DNA of 64,000 nt. Origin: a virus. Of the stretch, positions 1 to 10,308 are shown in pieces. The notes under the pieces are model-generated. The model was not told the DNA's origin. It worked only from the letters and a program-made list of their open reading frames with translations, and did not search any database. The stretch spans positions 37,669 through 101,668 of the IMG/VR virus record IMGVR_UViG_3300044981_000078. One strand, 5' to 3'. Position numbers and translations under genes: made by a program. The stretch's first letter is position 1, and each line of letters begins with the position of its first letter.

Positions 1-27
1 AGATTTGGGTTCTCAATAATAGAACCT

Positions 28-234
28 ATGTCTGTGAAGATAGCGGACAACATGATGTTGTATGCAGAGAAAGACCAGATCATGAGTATCAGATTTGAAG
101 CTAGTGACTATCAGGGCGGTACCAAGATTGACACAACCGCCGCCGATGTTACTATCGAGCGGTGGTCGCCAGAACAAGCAAAGCAAATGTTTTTAAATCG
201 TTTCGAAGAGCTATATAAAAGGAGAATTAACTAA
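28..234 (+). CDS. hypothetical phage protein
   Basis: ORF translationally coupled (TAATG) to the next gene. Confidence 0.5.
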   Translation: MSVKIADNMMLYAEKDQIMSIRFEASDYQGGTKIDTTAADVTIERWSPEQAKQMFLNRFEELYKRRIN

Positions 235-572
235 TGTCTGAGGTAATCAGCAACTATGTAACAATCACATGTGACGCCGCAGGATGCGATAAGAATGTCA
301 CGTTCCTGGGCACGGATGACGGCGGAAAGAAGGTAATTCAGGAGAACCCGTGGATGAATTCACTTCGCACCATTCAAACCATAGACGGCAGGAAGTTCAT
401 CTATTGTTCTGACGAGTGCGAGGCCAAGGGGGTAGGAGCCGGATCACACAATCAGAAGGTTATTGTGACCCCGCAGGCAAACTCAGTGGACCTCGCTGCG
501 CAGGCGGCAGAACGAGCACGTCAAGCGACCGAGGCACTGAAGACCGGACACGGTAAGGTAGCGCTAAGCTAG
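234..572 (+). CDS. hypothetical protein with TRASH-like Zn finger
   Basis: CDAAGC...YCSDEC; AGGAG RBS upstream. Confidence 0.55.
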   Translation: MSEVISNYVTITCDAAGCDKNVTFLGTDDGGKKVIQENPWMNSLRTIQTIDGRKFIYCSDECEAKGVGAGSHNQKVIVTPQANSVDLAAQAAERARQATEALKTGHGKVALS

Positions 573-856
573 TGTTTCTCGGACCAAACGGACCTAGCCT
601 GATATCGGAAGAGTTTAATCAACTCTGCATAGATACACATGTGGAGGTTACGGTTAGACCTCTTCCGAATCCAGGTAACCCGTATCAGGCAGTTCGTATG
701 TTGGAGTTTAAGAGTTTCAGCGATCAAGTCATATTAGTGACTCAGAACGATCAGAAGAGAACAACGCACTATATCCCGGCGAGGGGCTCGATTCAGATGA
801 TACTGAATCCGGGTGAGCCTCTGCCAAACATAGAGAAGGTGTCCGATGGTGTTTAG
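572..856 (+). CDS. hypothetical protein
   Basis: Coupled ORF in the operon. Confidence 0.5.
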   Translation: MFLGPNGPSLISEEFNQLCIDTHVEVTVRPLPNPGNPYQAVRMLEFKSFSDQVILVTQNDQKRTTHYIPARGSIQMILNPGEPLPNIEKVSDGV

Positions 857-1214
857 TAGTTACTTTGTAGACTTCACAGCGTACATTGACGAACGGAAGA
901 GACCTGAAAACTTTCCGCATGTAGTTCATGATAAGCAGGTCTTAAAGGATGTCGAGAGTATTCCACATCTTCAATTCTTAGTGAATGAAAGATTCATTAA
1001 GCTGGTATCGGCTGCCGGGATAGTCGCAATGAAGGACGAAGACATAGTGGATGAGGGGGTAATCACTTTCGATAGACGAGTTTTTGTGCCGTGGCATATG
1101 ATCACTCACATGAAGCTAGATGTGAATATCTTGCCTCCTCCGAAGTCAACTCAGGACTCGATGGTTCCCGGTCACATCATTCCAGGCGAGCCTCCGAAGG
1201 AGCTACTAAATTGA
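846..1214 (+). CDS. hypothetical protein
   Basis: Overlapping ORF in the operon. Confidence 0.55.
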   Translation: MVFSSYFVDFTAYIDERKRPENFPHVVHDKQVLKDVESIPHLQFLVNERFIKLVSAAGIVAMKDEDIVDEGVITFDRRVFVPWHMITHMKLDVNILPPPKSTQDSMVPGHIIPGEPPKELLN

Positions 1215-1936
1215 TTCTTTTGAGCTTGGACTTTGAGACCACAGGTCTTTCTGTTACGGATGATCGCGTAATCGAAGTTGGGGCCGTGCTTTATTCCACA
1301 AATCAACACAAGTGCTTGGACAGTTTAGGGGTGTTGGTTAAGACCGATAAACAGATTACACCAGAGATAACTGGGATTACGAATATACATCCGGCAGCAG
1401 TCGAGCGCTTTGGATACGACCCTGACGACATTCTTGATCTGCTTATCAATATGATAGCCAATGCCGATGCAATGATCGGCTATAACGTCAAAAGATTCGA
1501 TAAACATGTATTCAATAATTGGGCTGAGCGTGCCGGACAGTCTCATGGAGCTAGTATATGGATCGATCTATTCCAAGACCTCCCGTGGACGGTGCCAACC
1601 GGTAAATTGAGCCATGTAGCGGCAGACCACGGCATACTAAACTTATTTCCTCACTCAGCTATGGCCGATGCGCAGACAGTGTTAGCGATAGCAAGTAAAT
1701 ACGATCCGGAAGAGCTATTACATCGGGCGCAGTCCCCTACTGTAGTACTTCAAGCACGCCAAGACCGTTCAAGTAATGACTTAGTTAAACGCAGTCCTTA
1801 TAAATTTCGATGGTCTCCGTCAAACCGAATTTGGTGGCGACCTGCGAAGCAACAAGATGTAGAAGAGATAATTCAATCAGCTCCGTTTCCGATCACAATC
1901 GAGAAACAGTGGACGCCGGAGGAGCTAGATAATTAA
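1211..1936 (+). CDS. DEDDh 3'-5' exonuclease (DnaQ/epsilon-like)
   Basis: LDFETTG, YNVKRFD and HSAMADA motifs; TTG start at 1211 overlaps the upstream TGA. Confidence 0.9.
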   Translation: MILLSLDFETTGLSVTDDRVIEVGAVLYSTNQHKCLDSLGVLVKTDKQITPEITGITNIHPAAVERFGYDPDDILDLLINMIANADAMIGYNVKRFDKHVFNNWAERAGQSHGASIWIDLFQDLPWTVPTGKLSHVAADHGILNLFPHSAMADAQTVLAIASKYDPEELLHRAQSPTVVLQARQDRSSNDLVKRSPYKFRWSPSNRIWWRPAKQQDVEEIIQSAPFPITIEKQWTPEELDN

Positions 1937-2124
1937 TGGCATCAAAAACAAAAGGCTATCAAGTCCTGGCTAAACTTGAGGTGAGTATAGGTATAGAAAT
2001 TCAAGCTACAAGTTTAGAAGAAGCAGTTCAAAAATCAGCGTCTCTAAAAGAAAACGACTTTATTACGATTGAGGGTGATTACTTAGATGGGAGTTTAGAA
2101 ATAACAGGAGTCTACAAATCATGA
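1936..2124 (+). CDS. small hypothetical protein
   Basis: Coupled ORF. Confidence 0.5.
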   Translation: MASKTKGYQVLAKLEVSIGIEIQATSLEEAVQKSASLKENDFITIEGDYLDGSLEITGVYKS

Positions 2125-2633
2125 GCTTAGGCGGTGGAGATAAGCTGGCCCGTGGCGCATCTTCCGCGCAATTCGAGCCAGCCAATGTCAGTGAAGAGAA
2201 GTGGCTAGCAATTTTTGGAGAGGAGGGGGTTCGTAGGCTGAACGCGATGGACGAGAAGGATCGTCAGAAACTTATAGAGGAGGCCCAAGCCAAAGTAGCC
2301 GAAATAGAAGCCGAGGCCGAACTAGAGTCAGACGTTGAGATCGAGTCGGTTCAGGATCGTATTTGGGTTATTAGATTGGAAGAGGAAGAAAAAGTCGGTG
2401 GTTTGTTTGTTCCTGACGAGGGAAAAGAAAAGCCCGCGAAAGGAATAGTTAAAGCAGTTGGGCCAGGTAAGTGGGTAAATGGAAACTTGCAGGTACCGTC
2501 AATCGCCATAGGTGATAAGGTGGTATTCGGCAAGTATTCGGGTGCTGAAGTCCAAGTAGGATTTGAACACTATTTAGTACTCCGAGAAGAAGATATTTTC
2601 GGAATAGAGAAAAAGAAAACTAAAAAAGGATAA
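2121..2633 (+). CDS. groES: co-chaperonin GroES with about 75-aa N-terminal extension
   Basis: DRIWV..GGLFVPD..KEKP..GIVKAVGPG..GDKVVFGKYSGAEV..LVLREEDI. Confidence 0.9.
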   Translation: MSLGGGDKLARGASSAQFEPANVSEEKWLAIFGEEGVRRLNAMDEKDRQKLIEEAQAKVAEIEAEAELESDVEIESVQDRIWVIRLEEEEKVGGLFVPDEGKEKPAKGIVKAVGPGKWVNGNLQVPSIAIGDKVVFGKYSGAEVQVGFEHYLVLREEDIFGIEKKKTKKG

Positions 2634-2641
2634 AAACTAAA

Positions 2642-3217
2642 ATGCAGATACCAGCAGCTAAAGTATATGAAAAGCCAGAAGCAGGACCGCACTACGCAGT
2701 ACTTATCGATGTGGTCGATCTAGGGATCATTACAGCTACATTCAATGGACAGCCAAAGAGCTACCCGGCGCTCCGATTCATTTGGAGCCTAGCGACCGTG
2801 GGTAAGGACGGCAAGCCGTTGCAGGTTTGGAGCAAGAAGATCAACGCATCTAGCTGGCACGAGAAGGGAAACCTATACCAGACAGTTAAGCAGATTCTCG
2901 GTGTCCCTCCGCAGCCGACACTAGACCCGGAATCACTGATCGGTCAGGTCCGTCAGGTCTTTGTAAGTCGAGAGAAGAGCCCCGACGGTCTCAAGGACTA
3001 CGCAAATATCATCGGTATCGTTCCGGCACCGGCGGGATTTAATCTACCGATTCCAGCGGATTATGTCCGTGTGAAGTACCGCCCACAACAGACAGCAGGG
3101 CCTAATGGACAGCCTGTTCAGACCTATCAGGCTCCGCCGCCTCAACAGCAACCCCAGCAAACCCCACCATTCGCCCCACAGCCCGTACCCGGGCAAGGTG
3201 GAACAATTAAGTTCTAA
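2642..3217 (+). CDS. putative phage ssDNA-binding/replication protein
   Basis: AVLIDVVDLG OB-fold-like N-terminus, low-complexity P/Q tail ending in F; lies upstream of the primase. Confidence 0.6.
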   Translation: MQIPAAKVYEKPEAGPHYAVLIDVVDLGIITATFNGQPKSYPALRFIWSLATVGKDGKPLQVWSKKINASSWHEKGNLYQTVKQILGVPPQPTLDPESLIGQVRQVFVSREKSPDGLKDYANIIGIVPAPAGFNLPIPADYVRVKYRPQQTAGPNGQPVQTYQAPPPQQQPQQTPPFAPQPVPGQGGTIKF

Positions 3218-3282
3218 GCTAACCGGAAAGCCGCGACTAGGCTTGGCAAGGCGGGAGAGACCGCCAACTTACGGAGCGCACA

Positions 3283-5325
3283 GTGGGACTGTTCAAAGAA
3301 ATAGCGGAGCCTCTAGTTACACGCGGTGTGCCTGTAATGCCACTGCGCCCAAAAACTAAGATAGCTTTCTTTAACGATTGGCCTCGTGTAGCGACAACTA
3401 ATTCAGAACAAATTCAAAAGTGGGATGAGGAATTTCCAAACGCAAATGGCGCGTGCGTGGCCCATGCGCATCCTGATGGGGTGTGGTTTTTTGAGATAGA
3501 CAAACCAGGATTCATTGATGAATTACAGGCCGAGACCGGACAAATACTTCCCGAAACTTTTATGGTACGGTCCAGCCCGGGCCGTGGCCATCTATATTTT
3601 CGCCATAACGCGTCTTCTATTTCTCTAGCCGAAAAAAGTAAAGTTATAAAAGCTGTTCAAGATAAGAAAGAGGTTTGGTCTGCTCGCTTAGATAACGCCT
3701 ATGTGGTCGCGCCGGGGAGCTATCATCCTGTATCCGGATTACGTTATGAAACCTTACGTGATGTAGATATAGCCATAGCGCCCGATTGGTTGATCGCGTG
3801 GTGTAAAAACCAGGCGACAGAAGACGAAAAACTGTCTGTATCCTCCATAGATGGTCCAAAGATTCCACGGGGAGCGCACGATACTACTTTAACTCGTATT
3901 GCAGGAAAGCTTCGTCAAGATGGACTAGAAGAAGATTTTATCTACAATGCGATAGTTGAGGTGTGCGAAAAGAGATGTGAGGGCTACGGTTCTGACTATC
4001 GAGATATGTGCAAGAAGATTGCACACTCAATTTGTAAGTACCCAGTCAAGGAAGCCGCGCCAGTCATCATGGGCGGGGTCGTTCTAGGCCAGCCGCAGGT
4101 TCAACCAGTTCCGGAACCGGTAGACATCGCAGCGATCCCATACCCGATATTTCCCCGTTGGTGCATGAAAGGCACATCGGTGTATGATGGACTGATAGAG
4201 CCTATATGCAAGGCTAATAGTCGGTATCCTGAGTTTATGTTCATGCCTGCGGTCGCTCTGATATTGAACTATCTTGCGGGCAAGGTCCGAGTCGAGTATA
4301 AGAATCTCATCCCGAGCTTCTATATGGTGAGCATCGGGCGCAAGGGTCTGGTTATTAAGTCAAGTTCGGTCAAAGATGTGGTAGAATACTTGAACCATGC
4401 TGGAATTGTTAACGACGCCGGTCCGCATACCAGAAATGCCGAGGGCAAGTCACTGATATTTACCCCGGGATCGTCAGAGGGTCTAGGCATGGAAATGTCT
4501 AGGACTAACTGCAAGAATGCGGTATTATTTTACGACGAATTGAGTATCTTGACCAGCAAGGCGGGCATAGACGGAAGCTCACTGATCCCTAACCTACTTT
4601 TGATGTATGAGTCACAGAAGTTTTCGAATTCGGTGAAGTCACGTAAAGAGATTTATAACTTTGAGCCAAACTCATACTGCACGTCATTGATAGCTTGCAC
4701 CACGGACAAGAACTTCCTGCAGAACTGGTCTAAGATGGCGGGCAATAGTTCCGGGCTGGACGAACGGTTCTTCTTTTTGTACCAGCCGGAGGTGTTGAAA
4801 GAGCCGACTCCATACATAGCGGTCGATACTAAAGACGCGGCGGTAGAGACCCGTAAGAGACTAGACAAGGCTATAAAACAGCAGTTGTATCGTATCACTG
4901 ACTCTACTCCTCTAGAGATGAAGATCAGTAAGCTAGGAAACCGTACCGAGATTCGTGCAGAGAAGCTGGCGCTATATTTTGCGATAGACCTGGGACGAGA
5001 CGAGATAGACGAGGAGTGTGTAGATCGAGCTATCGCTATCTGCGAATATGAAATAGCGGTCAAGAAGTACTTGAAAGTGTTCGAGTCCGCGAGTCGGGAG
5101 TCGATGATTCAAAATGAAATGATTCAGGCTCTGCAGCGCAATCAAGGCAGGCTAGAGAAGCGAAAGTTCGAGAAGCTGGTCCACCCACTGCGTCACGGTT
5201 TGAGCGTATTCAACAAGTGCTACATGTCTCTAATCGCGGCAGGATATATCGCAGAATACGGTAGCGGAGTCAAGGGTGATCCGCAGATGGTCATCTTGCT
5301 ACGAAATGTTGAGGAGGATGAATGA
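3283..5325 (+). CDS. bifunctional primase-polymerase (PrimPol) fused to a DUF3987-like helicase domain
   Basis: VMPLRPKTK, FFEID, GRGHLYF, YVVAPGSYHP; PriCT-like GAHDTTLTRIAG; C-terminal KSS and FYDEL P-loop-like motifs. Confidence 0.8.
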   Translation: MGLFKEIAEPLVTRGVPVMPLRPKTKIAFFNDWPRVATTNSEQIQKWDEEFPNANGACVAHAHPDGVWFFEIDKPGFIDELQAETGQILPETFMVRSSPGRGHLYFRHNASSISLAEKSKVIKAVQDKKEVWSARLDNAYVVAPGSYHPVSGLRYETLRDVDIAIAPDWLIAWCKNQATEDEKLSVSSIDGPKIPRGAHDTTLTRIAGKLRQDGLEEDFIYNAIVEVCEKRCEGYGSDYRDMCKKIAHSICKYPVKEAAPVIMGGVVLGQPQVQPVPEPVDIAAIPYPIFPRWCMKGTSVYDGLIEPICKANSRYPEFMFMPAVALILNYLAGKVRVEYKNLIPSFYMVSIGRKGLVIKSSSVKDVVEYLNHAGIVNDAGPHTRNAEGKSLIFTPGSSEGLGMEMSRTNCKNAVLFYDELSILTSKAGIDGSSLIPNLLLMYESQKFSNSVKSRKEIYNFEPNSYCTSLIACTTDKNFLQNWSKMAGNSSGLDERFFFLYQPEVLKEPTPYIAVDTKDAAVETRKRLDKAIKQQLYRITDSTPLEMKISKLGNRTEIRAEKLALYFAIDLGRDEIDEECVDRAIAICEYEIAVKKYLKVFESASRESMIQNEMIQALQRNQGRLEKRKFEKLVHPLRHGLSVFNKCYMSLIAAGYIAEYGSGVKGDPQMVILLRNVEEDE

Positions 5326-6020
5326 AGGTTATAGAGCCGAGCTTTGACATAGTCGATCCACTTAATCAGACCGAAGGCGTTCGGTTGCTTCAGAAGATCG
5401 AGCGAATGGCTAGAATTAGCCACCGATCCGAAGAGAAACAGACCACGGAGACCTGGGAAAAGTTTATTCGGGCTGTTGTAGTTGGACATGGAGATTATTC
5501 CGTAATTGAACACGCGTCGGCTACGGTGATATTTCGGGTTGATCGTGGGATCACGCATGAGTTAGTCAGACACCGGCTGTTCAGTTTTACGCAGGAGTCT
5601 ACTCGATTTGTTAAATATGGGGTTTCAACTAGTGTCGATGCTACACTAACTCAATATGGGCATGGTATGGAATTTATATGTCCCTCTGAGGTGTATAAAC
5701 CAGATCGTAGTAGGTTTGCTACATTCGAGTGGGCGGTAACTGAGGCCGAGAAAAATTATATGGCAATGTTAGCTGATGGAGTTAGGCCACAAGAAGCGCG
5801 ATCAATACTTCCTAATAGTTTGGCTGCAACAATAGCGGTTACAGGAAATCTTAGAAATTGGCGTCACTTTTTCCTGATGCGCACATCTAAAGAAACACAC
5901 CCGGACTTTCGTAGGGTGACAATACCATTGTTAGAACAGTTCCAGCAGTTGATCCCAATTTTGTACGAAGACATCGTGCCAAACGCACGACAAATTGATA
6001 ATCTGAGGGCACCTAGATGA
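5322..6020 (+). CDS. thyX: FAD-dependent thymidylate synthase
   Basis: HELVRHRLFSFTQESTRF signature; EARSILP; NLRNWRHF. Confidence 0.95.
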   Translation: MKVIEPSFDIVDPLNQTEGVRLLQKIERMARISHRSEEKQTTETWEKFIRAVVVGHGDYSVIEHASATVIFRVDRGITHELVRHRLFSFTQESTRFVKYGVSTSVDATLTQYGHGMEFICPSEVYKPDRSRFATFEWAVTEAEKNYMAMLADGVRPQEARSILPNSLAATIAVTGNLRNWRHFFLMRTSKETHPDFRRVTIPLLEQFQQLIPILYEDIVPNARQIDNLRAPR

Positions 6021-7657
6021 CCGAGATGTCGAAGTTCGCGCAAGCGATCATGGAGCAAAAGTACAGTCACACAAATAAAGAAGGGGAGATCGAATCGTGG
6101 GAGAATATAGCTTACAGAGTCAGTAAGAAGGTACTGCAGGCGGTCAAGGCCCCACAGACGCAGATCGAGGAAACGAAGAAGATTATAGCGGAGCGGAAAT
6201 TCTTACCTGGAGGCAGGTACCTCGCTGCGACAGGTCGTCTCTTCCATCAAGTGAACAACTGCTTTTTGTTCCGAGCAGAGGACTCCCGAGAGGGTTGGGC
6301 CGACTTAATGTATAAAGGAACCCTATCTCTTATGACCGGAGGAGGCATCGGAGTTGATTATTCGGCTGTCCGTGAAAGAGGCCGACTAATTCGTAAGACA
6401 GGGGGCGAAGCAACCGGGCCAATTAGTCTCATGTCAATGCTGAACGAATCGGGAAGATATATAATGCAAGGTGGCTCGCGGCGCTCAGCTATTTGGGCCG
6501 GATTGAACTGGTCGCATCCTGACATCCAGGAATTTATTCGATTAAAGGACTGGCCCGCTGAAGTCAAAGCGCTGAAGGAAAAAGACTTCAATTTTCCGGC
6601 TGCGATGGACATGACCAACATTAGTGTTTTATTGGACGATGAATTTTTCGAGGCATATCACGATGAAAAGCATGAACAGCATACTCTGGCGCATACGGTC
6701 TATTGGTCAACTGTCAGGCACATGCTTGAAACTGGTGAGCCGGGATTCAGTATCGATACCGGGAAAAATAGTCGAGAGACACTACGTAACGCCTGCACTG
6801 AGGTCACGAGTGCCGACGATTCCGATGTCTGCAACCTTGGTTCCATTAACATGGCGAGAATTGAGTCTTTGGAGGAAATGGAAAAGACTGTGGAATTGGG
6901 CATTGCCTTTCTTTTGGCAGGTACCGTCTACTCAGATATTCCTTTTGCCGGGATCGATAAAGTTAGAAACAAAAATCGCCGTCTTGGACTCGGTCTCATG
7001 GGACTACATGAATGGTTGCTTCGTCATAATCGGAAGTACGGTCCGGACGAAAAACTAGGAATGTATTTGGAGATTTATGCGAAAGCCGATAAATACGTCA
7101 AGCCGTACGCGAAGAAGTGGGATGTGTCACAACCGATCAAGACAAGAGCTATCGCGCCGAACGGAACCATCGGTATCGTTGCAGAAACTACAACAGGGGT
7201 CGAACCGATATTCTGTGCCGCTTACAAAAGACGATATCTTAAGGGAAGTGTTTGGAATTTTCAATTCGTAGTTGATCCTACTGCGAAGAGATTGTTAGAT
7301 TCAGGGGTACCGCTAGAGTTAATCGAGGACGCATATGATTTGGCCAATGACGTTGAGCGACGTGTTAGCTTCCAGGCATGGGTACAACAGTACGTCGATC
7401 ACTCCATATCAAGTACGATCAACTTGCCCCGGTGGGGATCAGAACTTAACAACGAAATGCGAGTGCGGGACTTTGGAAATATGCTCATCAGGTATCTACC
7501 TCGTTTACGCGGCATTACCGTATACCCCGATGGAGCAAGAGCAGGTCAGCCTTTGAATCCGGTGCCACTTGCTGAGGCGTTAGCGCAAGAGGGTCATGTG
7601 TTCGAAGAATCAGGAACTACTGTGTGTGATATTACGAAGGGAGGAGTTTGTGGCTAA
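6017..7657 (+). CDS. nrdJ: ribonucleotide reductase, probably class II (B12-dependent)
   Basis: PGGRYL, NNCF, NACTE, CNLGSIN, APNGTI, C-terminal Cys pair; no beta subunit in the window. Confidence 0.85.
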   Translation: MTEMSKFAQAIMEQKYSHTNKEGEIESWENIAYRVSKKVLQAVKAPQTQIEETKKIIAERKFLPGGRYLAATGRLFHQVNNCFLFRAEDSREGWADLMYKGTLSLMTGGGIGVDYSAVRERGRLIRKTGGEATGPISLMSMLNESGRYIMQGGSRRSAIWAGLNWSHPDIQEFIRLKDWPAEVKALKEKDFNFPAAMDMTNISVLLDDEFFEAYHDEKHEQHTLAHTVYWSTVRHMLETGEPGFSIDTGKNSRETLRNACTEVTSADDSDVCNLGSINMARIESLEEMEKTVELGIAFLLAGTVYSDIPFAGIDKVRNKNRRLGLGLMGLHEWLLRHNRKYGPDEKLGMYLEIYAKADKYVKPYAKKWDVSQPIKTRAIAPNGTIGIVAETTTGVEPIFCAAYKRRYLKGSVWNFQFVVDPTAKRLLDSGVPLELIEDAYDLANDVERRVSFQAWVQQYVDHSISSTINLPRWGSELNNEMRVRDFGNMLIRYLPRLRGITVYPDGARAGQPLNPVPLAEALAQEGHVFEESGTTVCDITKGGVCG

Positions 7658-8027
7658 AGTTAGTATTGACGCAGCATCAGTTTTAAACGAGCTTGCGAAA
7701 CAAGTTCATGCGGCAAATAAAAAATGGTGGACAAATCCGGCTACAAATGAGCCAATCCAGCGCAATCGCGCAGAGATGCTGATGTTAATCGTTAGTGAAA
7801 TTGCTGAAGCCATGGAGGGCGAGCGTAAAAATTTGATGGATGATAAATTGCCGCATCGCCCCATGGCTGAGGTTGAGTTAGCTGACGCCATAATTCGAAT
7901 TTTAGATTACGCCAATGGCCTCGGCTATGATATTGGCGGGGCTTATGTCGAAAAGATGAAGTATAACGCAATTCGTAAGGATCATACGGCTGAAGAGCGT
8001 CTTAAGGAAAACGGAAAGAAATTCTAA
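7650..8027 (+). CDS. MazG-like nucleotide pyrophosphohydrolase
   Basis: SEIAEAMEG...EVELADAIIRILD; GTG start after GGAGGAG. Confidence 0.75.
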   Translation: MAKVSIDAASVLNELAKQVHAANKKWWTNPATNEPIQRNRAEMLMLIVSEIAEAMEGERKNLMDDKLPHRPMAEVELADAIIRILDYANGLGYDIGGAYVEKMKYNAIRKDHTAEERLKENGKKF

Positions 8028-10216
8028 TGTATTTAGTTTTGGACTTCGAAACCGGGAGCGAGGCCGAACTGACCGAAGTTGGGCTCCATAATTATTGTCT
8101 TCACCCAACTACCGAAGTTCTCTGCCTAGCGTGGAGGCTCGTCAAGTCTCTAGATATAGACACAGTGACTCCGGTACAGATATGGGAGCCGCATCTAGCA
8201 TCTAGGCCGTACATAGGTTCGCTGCCTAAGCCGCTGCTGGGGGCAATCCTAGACCCTAAAGTGCCCATAATTGCATTTAATAGCGCCTTCGAGCGCTATG
8301 TCTTCCAGTATGTTCTAGGCATCGAGATACCTGCAGAGCGATTTCAGGACCCTCAAGCGTCAGCAAGATACTTGTCCCTTCCGGCGAACCTAGAAGATGT
8401 CGGTATGGTCCTCGGTCTCCCGATGGAGATGCGCAAGGATAAACGCGGGGAGCGGCTATTAGATTTGTTTTCGTATCCGCACACTAGGAAGAAAAAAGAC
8501 GGCGGCGGGACATACTTTAATGACTGGAATACGCACCCGGCAGAGTGGGCGCAACTGTTAGAGTATTGTAAGCAAGATGTCATAGCCGAGCAAGAGGTCG
8601 CCCGTCGTGAGAATCTGCTTGGGGTCTTCCCGTTGCCGGATCGAGAACGGAAGATTTGGCTGCTGGATCAAAAAATAAACGATAAAGGAATTAAGGTAAG
8701 CGGGTTAGTAGAAAAGGCGCTGAGGCTAGCGGAAAAAGCCAAGCAAGAAAAACTAGATGAGCAAAATAAAGCAACCGGCCTGCTTAATGCTAACTCAACT
8801 TCACAATTGCTTCCTTGGGTTCGAGATTTGGGTTATCCATTGGGAAACCTTCGTAAGACGAATATTGAACTGGTATTGAAGGACCCAGAGGTTACGTTGA
8901 CCCCAGAATGTCGGAAGGTTTTAGAGGCTCGCTTAGAGGCAGGCTCCACTAGTTATAAGAAGTTACAAGCTATCCTTAGAAATACAAGTCCTGACGGCAG
9001 ATTGCGAGGACAGTTTATATTCATGGGTAGTAGTCGCTGCGGACGCTGGTCTGGAAATTCCGTTCAACTCCATAATCTTGCTCGTTCAGGCATGTTAGGC
9101 GGTTACAATTTTGAAGAGCTAGAAGTAATGAAAGACTCCCGCAGTATGATCTTTGCGGAAGACTACGACGCAATTAAGAATAAGTACGGGTCAGTTTTAC
9201 TCACTGTAAAGAATCTAATTCGTACTTTTTTTTCCTGTGAAGGAACCGATAAGAAGTTTTTGATAGCCGATTTAGCGAGCATCGAGACTCGTGTCGCCGC
9301 TTGGCTGTCTCAGTGCGGCCCTCTCTTAAAGGTTTTTCAAGAAGGACGAGACGCTTATCTAGATTTTGCCTCAAAATTATATGGTATTCCATATGAGGTC
9401 TTGTGGTCCGATTACAAGGGTAAGAACGGTAAAGATCGACAGATCGCCGCAAAACGTATGCGGCAGACGGCAAAGCCCGGGGTCTTAGGGGCCGTGTATC
9501 AACTTGGAGGCGGCAAGTGGGGAATAGATTTTAAGACCGGAGATAGAACGCGTACAGGATTGTTCGGTTATTCCTGGAACATGGGTATAGAAATTACAGA
9601 AGGCCAAGCCTACGATATCGTGAAAGTTTTCAGGGAATCTTATAAAGAAATTCCAGAAATGTGGTTTGATTTAGAAAACGCGGTAAAAGATGTTATTCAG
9701 AATAAACAAACAGTACGATATTTAGGGCCAAATAATTGCATCAAAATAGATAAGCTGACGATAGAAGGCCGCAAGCCACTTCTCAGGATACAGCTTCCCT
9801 CTGGAAGATTTCTGCACTATGTAGACGCGGCGATAGAAACAGTAAAAATGCCGTGGACCAAAAAGAGCGAAGAGACCGGAGAAGAAGAGGACGTGTACCG
9901 TCCGGGCATAACTTACTATAACCAAAATCAAACTACACACCAATGGGACCTTGCGGTCACGCACGGCGGGAAAATATTTGAGAACCTTTGTCAGGCCCTG
10001 GCCCGTGACATTCTCACAGAAGGCATGTTAGCGGTAGACCAAGCGGAGGCAGATATCGTGGCCCACGTACACGATGAAATCGTGTGCGAAGTCATAGATG
10101 ATCCGTTCTCGCTTTCAATCGAAGAAATGATCAAAATAATGAGTAGAGATATCTGCTGGGCTCCCGGACTACCGTTGGGTGCAGATGGGTTTCAGGCTGA
10201 ATTTTACCATAAATAG
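8027..10216 (+). CDS. polA: phage DNA polymerase family A with 3'-5' exonuclease
   Basis: LDFET exo motif; ADLASIETR (A), RQTAKPGVLGAVY (B), VHDEI (C). Confidence 0.92.
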   Translation: MYLVLDFETGSEAELTEVGLHNYCLHPTTEVLCLAWRLVKSLDIDTVTPVQIWEPHLASRPYIGSLPKPLLGAILDPKVPIIAFNSAFERYVFQYVLGIEIPAERFQDPQASARYLSLPANLEDVGMVLGLPMEMRKDKRGERLLDLFSYPHTRKKKDGGGTYFNDWNTHPAEWAQLLEYCKQDVIAEQEVARRENLLGVFPLPDRERKIWLLDQKINDKGIKVSGLVEKALRLAEKAKQEKLDEQNKATGLLNANSTSQLLPWVRDLGYPLGNLRKTNIELVLKDPEVTLTPECRKVLEARLEAGSTSYKKLQAILRNTSPDGRLRGQFIFMGSSRCGRWSGNSVQLHNLARSGMLGGYNFEELEVMKDSRSMIFAEDYDAIKNKYGSVLLTVKNLIRTFFSCEGTDKKFLIADLASIETRVAAWLSQCGPLLKVFQEGRDAYLDFASKLYGIPYEVLWSDYKGKNGKDRQIAAKRMRQTAKPGVLGAVYQLGGGKWGIDFKTGDRTRTGLFGYSWNMGIEITEGQAYDIVKVFRESYKEIPEMWFDLENAVKDVIQNKQTVRYLGPNNCIKIDKLTIEGRKPLLRIQLPSGRFLHYVDAAIETVKMPWTKKSEETGEEEDVYRPGITYYNQNQTTHQWDLAVTHGGKIFENLCQALARDILTEGMLAVDQAEADIVAHVHDEIVCEVIDDPFSLSIEEMIKIMSRDICWAPGLPLGADGFQAEFYHK

Positions 10217-10242
10217 TAGAAAACAAAGGCTTTAGAAAGTAG

Positions 10243-10271
10243 TTGACAAAACAATAAAAAAGTACTACTCT
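10243..10271 (+). promoter_or_regulatory. sigma70-type promoter
   Basis: TTGACA-17 nt-TACTCT, intergenic. Confidence 0.65.
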
Positions 10272-10308
10272 CAAGGCGGTACTAAAGTACTAGGACGAGG
10301 AGCAAACA

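Noticed and set aside
6017-7657. Class I RNR alpha subunit
   Set aside because: No ferritin-like beta subunit nearby, and the compact size fits class II
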